From Hydrolagus colliei (taxonomy: Eukaryota), in NCBI GenBank assembly GCA_035084275.1, contig CM068742.1:142476001-142540000 (forward strand): 64,000 bases of DNA, read 5' to 3'. Position numbers and translations under genes: made by a program. The notes beneath the pieces are model-generated. The model ran no database searches, was not told the origin of the DNA, and was given only the letters and a program-made list of their open reading frames with translations. This document shows positions 40,467-54,633 of the stretch, in pieces. Position 1 is the stretch's first letter. Each line of letters begins with the position of its first letter.

Positions 40467-41630
40467 TTAAGAAGAAGGTTCGACAGAATTGACAAGTTAT
40501 TCAATTTTCTATTAATGATGTTGGCTTTGAACTGCAAATTCTCAGCAGATGGAATGATAGGCTCGTAAACCTATGTGTCAGCTTGACAGAAGTTGACAGA
40601 AATGCATCAGAGAGAGAAACTGCAAAAAATAACCTACTAAAATCAGATTGTATTAAGGCGAATTAAACTTGGATTTGGGATAGGAAAACAAACTCAAAAG
40701 GCATGAAACAGTTTCAATAAATTTAACCTCCGTCATCCAATTAGCTTTTACTTGAACACAAACAGAAATCGCAAGGAACACTCATCATCACTCAGCATCT
40801 ATGGAGAAAGGAAAAGTGAGGCAACATTTTGGGTCCACGACCATTCGTCAGAACTCTGTGATCCAGTGAGAGTGAATAAGATTTAGGATGAGTACTAATA
40901 AAGAGATAGAGAGAAAAAGTGACTCGGTAAGAGGCAAGAGGAAAATTAGTATGAATGAACTCTCAACCAATTGCTCAGTCTCCCTAATTGGCGTCTTGCA
41001 ACAATGGTGATCTGACACATTACTCTGCATTAAGAACTCAAATATAAATGCAAGTTGTTGTTTTGATGGGAAAGAACAAGTGTGTATGAGGGGCCATGTT
41101 GAAATGACAAGGTCCAGAATCGCAGTGAAAAAATGACAGAGAGCAACTATCCTTATTAATAAATCCAACTGATTTGATAATTGAACTCTTGAACTTTGTA
41201 ATATGTTACTAAGTTCTATTTTTCTCCTGACAATCAATGCCCGTTTACAGCCTTCCCAGTAGTTGAGAAAAGCAGTTCAGGTAACCGTCTGCCAACTATT
41301 ATGTTAATGATTCTGGGAGTTTATGTGGAACAGAAGTTACATTTTAAATCAAATTATTTGCCTTCAAGTGTGTTCCATTCTCCTTTCAATTCGTCCTGAT
41401 GTTGTCAAATATTTATGTATAGAACTCCAGTGAGCACACCAAGTGACTGCTGTAAGGGTTCGGGATTTTTAATTTCACAATTATGGGCTGGAGGAATGAT
41501 AAACGCAATAGTTTAGTGATCAATGACAATGCAGAGACTGAAGATATGCATTGTGTCACATCCAATATCTTGACCTTCCACATACCAATTGTGAGGTTTG
41601 GCAGGCAGCACATCAGTGAGAAAATCATTA

Positions 41631-41795
<165 letters not shown>

Positions 41796-42782
41796 TCAGA
41801 ACCATACTGTGCAAGTGTAGAAATTTTAAATGTTTTCCATTACCCACAAAGCACGGTATGAAAAATACTTTTCTAGCCTGGACATGGCAATTTCTGCATG
41901 ATATATCTGGAATCTAATGACTCTCCATTGCCTTCCTTTTCTTGCTCATATATTTTCCTCAGTCGAGAATAATATTTATTTTCATGACTCACAGCAGTTG
42001 AAGGAAAGAAACACGGTTCCAAGTTAATGGTGTTGAAAAAAGTGCATTGACAAGAAAAACTTAGCATAAATGCCACAATCTCTGGTAGGAGTAGAGTTCT
42101 TGCAGACAATGGGATGTACAAAAGATGTGAGTTGCATGAGACATCAAAAGGTGCTTTTCTCCAGAAATCGTGCTACAGTATTTAACCTGCAGTTTTTCCA
42201 CGAGTATGTTTTTCAAACTCAATATCTTCACTATCTAATTTAATAATGATAATAATAATATTTCTTGTATTTGATATAACGCTTTATCACGTCTTCCAAG
42301 ACCGTTCAAAGCACCTCACAGATATTTACCATCTTCCTTGTTATATTATTTCTTCAGAATTTAATAGAAGGTGTGAGAAACGTTTTGGAAAACTTTTCTT
42401 ATCTAACATCTTATTCTGATGCTAAATAGTGTCTTTATCAAAGACTTCAGCATTTAGTAGCTGTGGGGGAAGTATGACAATTTAAAACAGCTCATATCAG
42501 TGAAAATCATCCACAGCAAATATAAAGCAGTCACTATTAAAAAAAAACTTGAGGAAAAACAGCACAAACACGTTTGGGAAAGGGAATAGTATAGGGGAAC
42601 ACATTAAAACACCCCATCTTGGCGCTGATGTCCTAATGAGCACCAGTACAGGGCTATATGGCTTCCTTTGGTGTTATAATTTCTATTATTCTGTGTGAAC
42701 AAAGGGAATTTCATTCAGGAGACAAGAAAGTGAATAAATTGGTGACAAAACATGACAAACGTTCAAGAAAACTGTAGGCTCA

Positions 42783-42962
<180 letters not shown>

Positions 42963-43124
42963 TTATTTAGAACGAAACACATACATATTTGCAACAGAAA
43001 TAGACAAAAAATTTAACGTATCGTTTTTTAACAATCACAACTAATAAAGTGTGAACCTGCAGCACTCCCCACTGCACTGAATTTAATCTTAATAGAGCAA
43101 CTATTCACATTTCTATACTATATT

Positions 43125-43960
43125 TTATGTTCCAAGTGCTTCACACAGCTGACTGGGAGCCCAAGCTGGATGGACAGTATTCAGGCAAGTTGTGAAGATG
43201 GAGAGGAAGGGATCTACATGGAGAGACTGTTGGGCAGAATGCTCACAAACTGATAGTGGGCAGATTGGGTGGGGGAATGAAGCAGGCTGATGTTTGCTGA
43301 GTGGAGGGAGCTGCCAAGGCGGGTTGCAGAGGTAAGGTCCAAGCTGTGGAGGAATTTGAAAGAGAAGACACAAATATTCACAATAATCTGCTGGAATTTG
43401 TGAGTGAGGATTGGGAAATGGACTAGTTCAGCGCCTTGGGACGTCCTCCCGACGTGAAAGGCGCTCTATAAATGTAATTTGTTGTTGTTGTTGTTGTTGT
43501 GGACGAGGGCACAACATGGATGGTCTGTAATTTGTGGGAGGAGTTGGAGAATCCGGTGAGCAAGGCTTTGGAATAGTAACCCTTGTATTAATAAATCAAA
43601 TAATCAATTATGGACATGATGAAAATGTGAATGAGGTACTCAGCGGCTGAGGGGAGAGGCAGTGATGGAGGCAGGCCTGGCGCGAAGATCAGGAAAACCT
43701 AGCAAGTGAGAGTCTCGATGAGTTTGAAGGATAGTTGGGGAAAAGGTACCAAGTCCTGCATAGCCACTAGAGGTACAGTGAGTATGACTGCAGGATGATG
43801 AGCTGGCGCCTGCTGTGAGAAGGCACTGATGGGAGTTGAGCAGAACAGCCTTTGTCCTGTTGATATTTTATTGGAGCAACTTGGAAAACATCCAGGATTT
43901 GATCTGATAGGGAGTCAGAACAGCATTGGTCCTGGAACTAAAGGTAGAGGTAGAATGATA
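43125..43960 (-). mobile_element. Old L2 fragment with a younger plus-strand L2 tail inserted at ~43430-43500
   Basis: Similar to 32485-33520; intact tail plus (TGT)n. Confidence 0.6.
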
Positions 43961-44204
43961 AGAGTTGGTATCATCCACACACAAGTCTATGGAAATGGAC
44001 TCCACATCTCCGGAAACAAGTGACATTTGCAGCGACTGCACCAGCAGCAGAAAAGCTTGCTAGACAGAGCAAGCTGTGCGGTTTTACCTGGTTAGACTTC
44101 AGCAGTAACCTCAACACACACTCTGTGGTCCCCAAGTCTTGGCTTTTGCCCAACCTGTGCCTAATACATTTCAGAATTAGGTGAGCAGGAAGAGAGTGAG
44201 TACT

Positions 44205-44303
44205 CCATCACCATGTTTCCAAACCATCCCATGCATACCATCTACATATGCGATTCCCATATGTAGATGGGATGCATGGGATGGTTTGGAAACATGGTGA
44301 TGG
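44205..44303. repeat. 46-bp inverted repeat (1 mismatch), 7-nt loop
   Basis: CCATCACCATG...CTACATATG cgattcc CATATGTAG...CATGGTGATGG. Confidence 0.93.
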
Positions 44304-44768
44304 TTTTCCTCATGTGTCAAGGCACCCAGCTGACCCCCCCCAAAAATCTTTATAGCTTTTAATTTAGCTGCCTCCAATTGGGGCAATTCCTTTTAACATA
44401 TTGTATGTTCTTTTGCAAATTAACAGTCGGCAACCTTGATAGCCGTCCTCTCTCAAAAGAAAATTATTTGGGTATATTAAAAAAAAGTTGATAGCATTGA
44501 ATTTGTGATATTTGCTGCTCTGCTCATTTCTAACATGGCAATCAATCTCAGTTCTCTAGAAGCTACTCTATCTGTCAAAACACAGCCTAAACATATAATG
44601 TACTAGCCCTCATTTCAGATATGGTATTACATTTTTTGCAAAACATTTTAAAAAAAATCAATTTCTGCTATTGCTGTGATTGATTAGAAAAATAAATGCT
44701 CAGGTTTTCTTTTTCCCCACAATTTATTACTTCTCTTCTTGATCATTATTTTTTCCTTTTAAACTCAC

Positions 44769-44932
44769 GTCATTGCCTGATAAATGGATTCAATGCCATA
44801 ACGCATGGCAAACTCATCCACTATTTCTTGTGCGGTCTCGTCAAAGTAAACCTTCCAAGCGTCGTCTCCCTTAGCTTCTGGTATTTTCACAACACCATTA
44901 CTCAGGAGGTCCGTGAGACAGTGGAAAAGGTT
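44769..44932 (-). CDS. UNC13B: UNC13B exon NLFHCLTD...ESIYQAMT
   Basis: cag/gtgag; 164 nt. Confidence 0.96.
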
Positions 44933-45334
44933 CTGCAAAATAACAGTCGTGGGTTTAGCATTCCAGAAAATATCTAACAGTATAATCATAACCAAAGTAA
45001 CAAGATGCCACCAAACTTTTATTTTAACAGATGGATGTTGCACAAGAAACTTCACACCTGGTACTTTGCCGAGATTCCCAGACCACAATAGTGAAATCTG
45101 CTAAATTTTCAGACGAAAGCCAATTTCAGAAGGCAGCTTGTACATACAGGTGTTTACAATAACACTTGGTGATAATGTTGGGATCTAAATTGTGAGAATG
45201 ATTGTATCATAACAAATTATGTACAGACATCTGTAGCACTGTTCATTAGATTACTGCAATGTAATGCACTGATAATCATCCAGTATTCTATTCTGGTCCA
45301 AAGTCATTCAGACACCCAGAGAGACAACACTTAC

Positions 45335-45450
45335 TTCATGCAGGCAGGTATACTGGATGTGATAAGGAGCGACTTTCTCTTCACCTTTGATTTCAACACT
45401 GATTTGCAGTCGAATAGCACCTGAAACTGCAGATTTATCTGTTCTTTTCT
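45335..45450 (-). CDS. UNC13B: UNC13B exon [39 protein letters not shown]
   Basis: cag/gtaag; 116 nt. Confidence 0.96.
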
Positions 45451-45487
45451 CTGAAAGAAAAAAAAATTCAATTTGCCTTGTTTTAAG

Positions 45488-45792
45488 AATAATAATCTTT
45501 TCGTTTGATATAGCGCTTTTCATGTCTTCTAAACATCTCAAACCACTTCACAGAATATACTGTAAAGTGAATTGACTGTATATTTGTGGGCGAAACACAG
45601 TAGCCAATTGCGCACAGCAGTGTCCCACAAACAGTCGTGGACTGAAATGACCAATTTATTATTGTTTTTAATCGAGGGAATTATTAGGCATTTGGGGTAA
45701 GGAAACTCGCCCAAGGTTTTGCCCTGCCTGGAATTAAACCCAAGTCTCTCGCTTGCAAGGTCAGTGCTCTAACCACTGAGCTATAGGACTCC
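45488..45792 (-). mobile_element. Full-length tRNA-derived SINE with conserved core and L2-type (ATT)n tail
   Basis: A/B-box-like head, core GGGACACTGCTGTGCGCAATTGGCT, tail GCGCTATATCAAA...ATTATT. Confidence 0.88.
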
Positions 45793-46280
45793 AAGTGTCT
45801 AACTAAGTGTCCTACTGACACTTTCAGCAATGTATAATTTATCACACAACACAGAACAAACAAAGCTCAAAACAAAGTTTTAACTTTTACATACACTTCA
45901 TTCCCAGTTAAACAACAAAAAAAATTGCAACATGCATCTAAATAGTCATTCATTTAAATGTATTATATATTCTATGCTATTCACAGTGTCCATTCTATAT
46001 CCATTGAGAAAATTAATTATTCTGTGAAAGACTTAATTCACACCAATACTCATATCCATTCCAGATGTTTTAATTCTGTCTTTTTTTTTAACATTGCATG
46101 ATTTTGGAGTAGCCATTTGCAAAACCTAATTACAACTATATTTAAAAACAGTATTTACAAATTGTTTATTTTCTAACATTAAAAAAGAGTTTGCCAAGAT
46201 GCAAAGAGTAAAGGTCTGAAACAGTAGTGGCTAACCTGTAGCCCGTGGACTGGAGGTGGAAAATAAATGTTATCTTTTTA

Positions 46281-46520
<240 letters not shown>

Positions 46521-46544
46521 TTACAAAACCTGAAAAGTTCCATC

Positions 46545-46878
46545 GATAAGTTCCCCTGGTAGGAGAATCTATATCCAGGGATCAAAATCTTAATATTAGG
46601 GTCAGCCTTTTAGAACAGAGTTGAGGAAACATTTCTTCACTCAGAGGGTAGTGAATTTATGGAATTCACTACCCCAGAAGGCTGTAGATGCTCAGTCGTT
46701 GAACATTTTCAAGGCTAAGACTGATAGATTTTTAAAAATATAGAGGGATTAGGGGATATGGGGATAGCGCACGTAATTAGAGTTGGGTCAGAAGATCAAC
46801 CATGATCTTATCAAATGGCTGGGCAGGCTTGAGGGGTCAAATGGCATACTCCTGCTCCTAATTCTTATGTTCTTATGA
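46545..46878 (+). mobile_element. CR1-clade LINE 3' end
   Basis: FFTQRVVNLWNSLPQKAV motif; tail CTCCTGCTCCTAATTCTTATGTTCTTATG. Confidence 0.85.
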
Positions 46879-46964
46879 TAGTTGATTGTGCTGAAGTTTG
46901 AAAGGACTTTCTGCAAAATTCCCTTTTGTTCTCTAACTTGGACCAAGAACAATTATAAAAACAA

Positions 46965-47176
46965 GCCTGGAGAGTTATTATGATCTGGAATGCCCTGCCT
47001 GAATGGGTGGCTGAAGCAGATTCGACAGCAGCTTCTAAATGTGAATTGGATAGGTACGTAAAAAGGAAAAATATACAAGACTATGGGGTAAGAGGGGGAG
47101 TGGGACTAGTTGAATAGCTCTTTCAACATGTCGGCACAGGCATGCTGGGCTGAATGGCCTCTTTCTATGGTTCTAC
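46965..47176 (+). mobile_element. CR1 3' end, second subfamily
   Basis: IWNALPEWVAEA; GGGCTGAATGGCCT tail; related tail at 48630-48765. Confidence 0.75.
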
Positions 47177-49166
47177 GTGGTGAGGAAGTGAGCAATGGCA
47201 TTCTCCTTCAGTCGGTTTTGCCTTTGGAAGAGAGTGCTTATTCTCAGAATGAGATACCATGATGACACCAAATGAATACTGACACAGTTCAAAATGACCT
47301 ACACTAATTAGATGGTTGAGATAAAGGATGACAGATAGATTTTATAGGCCATAAATGTAGTAATTTACATTGGAACAGAAAAGATGAAAAATCTCACTAC
47401 AAACTCCCATTACTGAAGCGGGTAAAGGTAGTGATCAGCAAACAATCACTTGTGCAATATGTTGTGAAGTGACCAATGAATGGCAGAGGGGAGAAATTAA
47501 AACAAAATGCTTCACAAATCAAGTAATGCCTGATGCAAGTGGACAGGTAATGAGGGGGAGAATTAGTGGCTGATATTTAAAGCAAAAACAAGCAAGACCT
47601 GTGCGTCATTTATACCGAGACTTAAAATGACAAATTTAAACAAAAATGGGAATCTTCACGCTGAACTCAAGATGTCAAAGTGATTTATTAGGCTCAAATA
47701 AGAATGGAGCGCATTACTCAGTCCAAAGGTGGTCGTGGTACAGGCTGAGAAAAACATCCGCTCTGCTTCTGTGTGGCAGGCTGAGCACATTTGTTCCAGA
47801 CAGGAAGAATAGCATTAAAATTAGATGCTATAAGACAGCAATGACTATCAACATTCTGTTGTATAATGTGACACTTATTACAAAGCAAAAATAGTTTAAC
47901 TCAATCATGCACGCTAACTCTATTCTGCTGGCCTATTTTCAAAATGCAAGATCACTAAAACAGGCGTTAAGCTTCCAGCATCAAACTAAACACAAGCTGA
48001 CACTGGTAATAGGTCATGCCCACATTCAGAAAGCACGGAGAATGAAAAGATAATGTTGTGCTTCATACAATCTGTAAAATCTCACTTCGAGAATTACATT
48101 AAAACCCAGAGAAAATGGGAATTGATCTCATGATTTGATGAACGTAGGATTTTTCTCCCTCTTTCCAACATCTTCCTATTCCCTGCTAAAGGTACTGAGG
48201 GATGGAAGTAGGTATCACATGGTTTAGAAAGAAATAATTAGCATTTATCATTGTGCATTATCATCCTGAAATACCTCAAATACATGGAATAATTGACTTT
48301 AGTCAGGTGCCCTTAGGGGAGAGGTGAAACCCTAAGTTAACCGGAGGATTGTTGGTCAGCATTTTGGTAGAAATATCTTTCTACATCTTGGGATCTATAA
48401 CTGAGCCCTTAAATCTCTCCCCCACCCCCACCCCCCTCCAAAGTTCTGCATGAGATTTGTCGGCCATTAATAGTATTAATATTCCTTGCATTTCATATTG
48501 CTCCTTATCGCATCAGTGAGAAGTCTCAAAGAGCTTCAAAGAATTGTGAATTGTCCTCAGGGTGGGGAAGGAAGTGAACCAACAAATTTGTGATTAGCAG
48601 GCAAGAGTGCAGACAAGTGAGTCTGCACTTTGGGAGGACACGTTTGCAGGACTATGGGAAGAGCATGGGAAGTGGGATTGATCTGGACAGCTCCTTTCAA
48701 AGAGCCAGCACAGACACAATGGGCTGAATGGCCTCCTTCTGTGCTGTATAATTCTATAATTCTATGAATGAGTCAAGCTAACTTCAGAAATTTCATCCAA
48801 GGGGGTCATTTGTCCTGGATGTTGATATTAGGAATTGGGAGGACCATTCAACACAATGGGGAACCACAGCCAAGCCCGAGACTGTTCTCATCTGATATGC
48901 AGAAATGTCCAGCAGGGATCATTACCCTGCCCTATACAGCACTGGGATGCTGAGGTCAATTGTAGCTGCAAAGCTGAGTGGCTCAGGAGAGACTGTTTTC
49001 TTATAAAGGAGAGTGTGACGTTTAATAGATAATTATATCACAATCATTTCTCATCATCAACCATGAAAGCCCAGCTAATCTAAACAGGTTACAATGAACA
49101 AACAACATTATGTTGAACCTGATTCTCCCCCAAGTATGAGAAAAAAAGAGTCAACAGGCAACTTAC

Positions 49167-49308
49167 AAATAAAATTTCTCCTCCCAGACAGGGTTCAGAT
49201 TCCCGTAGATAGTCTTTGTTCGCTTCTTGGTTTTGCCAACTTGAACAGTGACATACGGGTCACTGGAGCCAGTTTTATCCTTGGCTTGAAGTCCCTGTGC
49301 ACACACCA
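49167..49308 (-). CDS. UNC13B: UNC13B exon, C2B domain [26 protein letters not shown]...WEEKFYF
   Basis: C2 motif SDPYV; cag/gtaag; 142 nt. Confidence 0.96.
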
Positions 49309-50340
49309 CTGCAGACAAGATTGAACACCACACTTTAGTATCTAAAAGGTTTTACTGCACCAAAGTTCTCAGTATTGTCAGTTTCTTTTTCACCACGCTC
49401 ATTAATGTGGCAGTGACAATAAATATGTCTTAGTCTCTATAAATACTGGTCACATAAATGGTGCCAATGTAATGAAAACTAAAGTACCAAGATACTATTT
49501 GATAGATCTCACAGAGGAAAACAAGTCACTAAAATAGGAGGGAATTGAAAGCATAGTCAGAAAAACAGGTCTTTAGTTAGGCTTGGAAGGAATGAAGATA
49601 ATAATAATCATAATCCTTGCATTTGATATAGAGCTTTTCACGTCTACTAAATGTCATAAAGTGCTTCACAGAATATACTGTAAAGTGAATTGACTGTATA
49701 TTTGTGGTCGAAGATAGGGGTAAAAGTGGGAGAAATCTGGCAAGGAGATCCAGAGAGTGAGGCAGAAAGGCTGAAAGCTCACCCTCTGAAGGTGAAGCAG
49801 GCCAATGTTTGTTGAGCGGAAGGAGCAGTCTTGGCAGTAAGGTTGCAGATCGCAGAGATAGGGCGGGGATGAATAAATAAACTTTTAAAATCCTTCTCTA
49901 TAAGTTTCCCATTTGGTGTCAAGAGGGTATCTGAAAGCACGTCTCAGGATTTACTATAAAGTTTAGTGTCTAGTCTGCTCTAACAGAAACAGGGTCATGC
50001 AGCTGAGGGAGGCCACTGAATATGGATATTTAAGCGTAACATTTGTCAACATTCCTGAAATCTAACACCGAAGAATGTCAGACTGTGTTAGTGTTATGTA
50101 ATACGTTAAATTGAAAAACACGATCTTTCTGTGCCAGAGAGCATTTTGTGCCACGTGAGTCATGGACTGGAAGCATCCACCAGTTCCATGACATTTGTGA
50201 GGTTGTAGCATATATTTGTGTTTCTGTAGTAATTGATTTCTAAGTTCCAAGATTTTAATGATAATAGTGAAAACCCTGAGCAGGAGGCTTCACATAATGC
50301 AAACAGCCTGAATAAAATGAAACTGATGACAGATGAGTTG

Positions 50341-50675
50341 AATAATAATAATCCTTGCATTTGATATAGCGTTTTTCACCTCTTATCGACGTCTCAAAGC
50401 ACTTCACAGAATATACTGTAAAGTCAACTGACTGTATATTTGTGGGCGAAACGCAAAAGCCAATTGCGCACAGCAGTGTCCCACAAACAGTCGTGGATTG
50501 AAATGACAAATTTTATTATTGTGGTTTATTTTTGGAGGGATTATTATTAGGTGTGAGTAGTAAGTGTGTGGAGTAATTAAGTGTGTGGAGTAAGAAAACT
50601 TGCCCATGGTTTCTGCCTGGATTCCAACACAGGTCTCACACTTATACGCGAGTGCTCTAACCACTAAGCTTCAGC
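50341..50675 (-). mobile_element. Full-length SINE, same family
   Basis: Near-identical core and tail to 45488-45792. Confidence 0.85.
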
Positions 50676-51060
50676 ACTATATGAAACCACATAAATTTGT
50701 CCTTATAGTCACCCAGACTGAATAAATATTTGCAACAAACAAGAAAATATTATGCACTTAAAATGATGTTTGTGTATGGATAATGTCTCATCCACAAATA
50801 TAATTGTTCTGCACTTGTGGTGTAAATTGTAATGTTAAGGCATTGAGTGTGATACTTGTTTTATTTATATGGTGTACAGATTTTGTCCCTTGCAAGTGGC
50901 ATAACTATTCTAACTGGAGCATTAACGTAAAAGGAGAAAATGATGTGGATACAGTATTTTGAGACTTCATTTGAAATGACTGAAATCTTAGTGCATCGGT
51001 GATTAAGATCCCTAACATTTTCTAGTTTATTAAAAAAACAGATAATATGGACTTAATGAT

Positions 51061-51440
51061 AACAATAATAATCCTTGCATTTGATACAGCGCTTTTCACA
51101 TCTTATCAACGTCTCAAAGGGTTTCACGCAATATACTGTAAAGTGAATTGACTGTATATTTGTGGGCGAAATGCAGCAGCCAATTGCGCTAAGCAGTGTC
51201 CCACAAACTTTCGTGGATTAAAAATGACCAATTTTATTATTGTGTTTTTTGGGGATGCATTATTATTAGGCAGGTGGAGAAAGGAAACTTACCAAAGGTT
51301 TCGCCCTGACTGCCCAGATTCGAACACAGGTCTCATGCTTGTAAGGCGTAGTTTAGTACTGCATATAGCGCTTTATCACATCTTCGAGACATGTCAAAGC
51401 GCCTCACAGAATATAGTGTAAAGTGAATTGACTATATTTC
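51061..51440 (-). mobile_element. SINE copy plus adjacent SINE 3' fragment
   Basis: Same core and tail motifs. Confidence 0.8.
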
Positions 51441-51450
51441 GGTCTTGTAC

Positions 51451-51678
51451 CTGTTATAGTAATCTTTGCTGACCACTTGGAAGTTCCCTCAAGTACACTC
51501 TGTTTGATCGTCTTCATCTGTTGTGCATGTGGCACCTTGGTCACCCCAAAAACATCCCGGATCAGCTCAAAGATTTCTGGCTTGTTGCGTTCTCGGATTT
51601 TCATTCTGTCTTTCATCGCCATAATGATGTTCTGTGTCCGATCCTCTGCTCCATGTTTGGAGCTCTTCTCTGCGGCTC
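51451..51678 (-). CDS. UNC13B: UNC13B exon [15 protein letters not shown]...KWSAKITIT
   Basis: ORF track match; cag/gtacaa; 228 nt, phase 1-1. Confidence 0.96.
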
Positions 51679-52872
51679 CTGTTAAAAGGCAACATCGCAG
51701 ACACTTCAAATTAAAGTGAAAGAAACAAAAACCCCATTTCCCCCAAAATGATTTCAAGGTGTTACATTACCAACAACAACAACTTCAATTTACATAGCGC
51801 CTTCCACGCCAGACGGCGTCTCAGAGCGCTTACCATGATTGTGCATCTCAAGGATTTGCTGGCCAAAACATGTTGAATCATAATTAATTATATTAGTTTT
51901 GCTCCTTCCTTACCATTGGAACTTAACACAGCATTGTTAAGCAATTTGATTTTTTTTTAGATCTTTTTTAACATTTTACATTTTTTCTAACTTTCACCGA
52001 GCAGGAACATGCCAAATTGCTCTTCCCCTTGCGAGCCTGTGGTCCCACAAGCACTGGATGTCCTGCAGAACTCTACTCATCATGTGAGCCTCAGCAGTGA
52101 ATGTCAGCAGAACACTCCACTATAGGGGGAAATCAACATTGAGCCTGACCTCTCTCCCCACCCATATGTCACAATAGTGCATAACCATAGAAAGTGCTGA
52201 AAGGGGGCAAGGAACAGGAAAACTCTGTTTTTTCCCACCCTAACTTTGGGAAGGAGAGAGTCCCCAAGCAGCCCTGACTGAGATCAGCAGTATCAATAAC
52301 AACAACTTGGATTTATATAACACCCTCCACGCCAGATGGAGTCTTAGGGAGTGCTTAAATCAGCATGAACCAGAAATGTAAGCAACTCCTAGTCTGTAAC
52401 CTGGCATTCTGTCCACTGCACAATCAAAACTGACTCCAACAGTTCAATCCTTAATTCCTGAACATGTAGATTAAAAAAAAATTCCCCACATTACTACCTT
52501 CAGACATCTTTTATTATTTTCACTTTAGTCTTTCGAAGCATTCAGACAATTGCTTTTATTGGCTGTATTGGGACATCCTCCCAACTAGGCGCTCTACAAT
52601 TGTAATTTTGTTGTTATTATTGTATTGTGGGGGTTGACAGAATATAAAGTAAAATTGGCCCAGGCAGACAGACCCAATGGAACATTGATTGCTATGGATC
52701 TGGAAGTAGAGAACGGTAGGATTTACAACTCAGATGAACCTCTGTATCTGAGCATAAACCGCTGGAAGGGTGATCGATTCTCAGACAAGAAAGAGCAACT
52801 AGTTTCTGAAATGGAAAGAAGGTATGATGGGCATTGTAGGAGAATGAAATCAAATTGCCTGAAGGACCCTTA

Positions 52873-53238
<366 letters not shown>

Positions 53239-54558
53239 TTAATTATTCTCTATTAAACATTTGGCTTTCAGCTCTCAGTAGCTCAGCAAGTTATTTAGCA
53301 AGTTTGCTGAGGCATGCAGACTGGAAATATCCCAGGTTCAATTCTTGGTTTACACTGTGTTTGTTGTTCTCAGCTGGGCCAGCTTTTGGGGTATTACAAA
53401 TAGGCTTCAAAGCTTCAGGTTAGCCCAGGGAAATTAAATCCTACTTCCTGTTTGTGAATCTCATACTGCTAGAGATGCTTATGTTCAAACAAAAACAAAT
53501 GGTCACGTAACTGTACTTCAGCAATGTCAAAATTCAAAACACCTTCCGGGAGGGGAAGGAAGAAAACAGGGGGTGGAGAGTGGGGGAAGAAAAACTAGCA
53601 AAAGAAAATCTAAACATGGACCCTAAATTTGGACTTAGACATAAATACTTCAGACAAGAAACTGACTGCTAACTATAATCAGTTTTCCAGTGAGCCATTG
53701 ATGTATAATATTTCAAGTGCAACCCAAGCTAAGTCATTCCAAGCATCAAGAAACAGTATTAATCATAATTATGTTGCTGAATGAGCTGTAAATGAGGCCC
53801 ATGACCTTATAAGGCACAGCATTATAGTGCTGATAAACGAGCTGACTGCTATGATTAATGAATGATTGAATGTCCAAAACACATGGAATGAAAAAAATAC
53901 ATTTTAGGTGATTTTACATTGTGATCTTCCAGGGTTGGACTACGAAGGAGCAGACATACATATTTTACAAGCTTTGTTAGCAGCAGCAACTGAAATGCAC
54001 CGTTGCTATTTCTAACAACTGGAGGAAGGACTACTTATTATTAATAATAAACCTTGCATTTGGCATTGTGCTTTTCACATCAAGAGGATATTCCAAACCT
54101 TCACAGGATATATTGCTAAGTGGAGAGACTGTGCCTCAAGCAACATCTTCGAATGTATAGATTATACCAAATTATGAATAAATAAAGCAGTTCCTTGGCT
54201 GCAATAAAATCAAATAAGGAAATGCGTTTTAGAAGAAGCGCACCAACAGCTGTATGTTGATGCTGTATAAAACATCACTAAGGCCTGATCTGGAGTGCAG
54301 CTCTGATAAACATAGCATGCATGGGAAAGATATTTTGCAGTTGGAAAGGTGTGGTGTTGTGCAATCAAAGTGACTCCCAGCATCAAGTAAGGAAAGGGTG
54401 ATGAATAAATTCACCTTAGTCTCTTTCTAAAATAGATGGGAAGGTCACTGAGGAAAGTTTTCAAGAAGATGACAAGATTGACAGAGCTCATCTAAGCGAT
54501 CAGTATGGGGATAAAAACACATAAGAACAAACACTTTACGACATTCCACTGTTCTTAC

Positions 54559-54633
54559 CAACTCTTCATCTTTTAGGGAGGTACGAGTGGCCATTGCCGA
54601 GGTAATGCCAGCCTTCCTCGACTGTACAAGCGA
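54559..54633 (-). CDS. UNC13B: UNC13B exon [25 protein letters not shown]
   Basis: cag|...|gtaag, 75 nt, phase 0-0. Confidence 0.95.
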
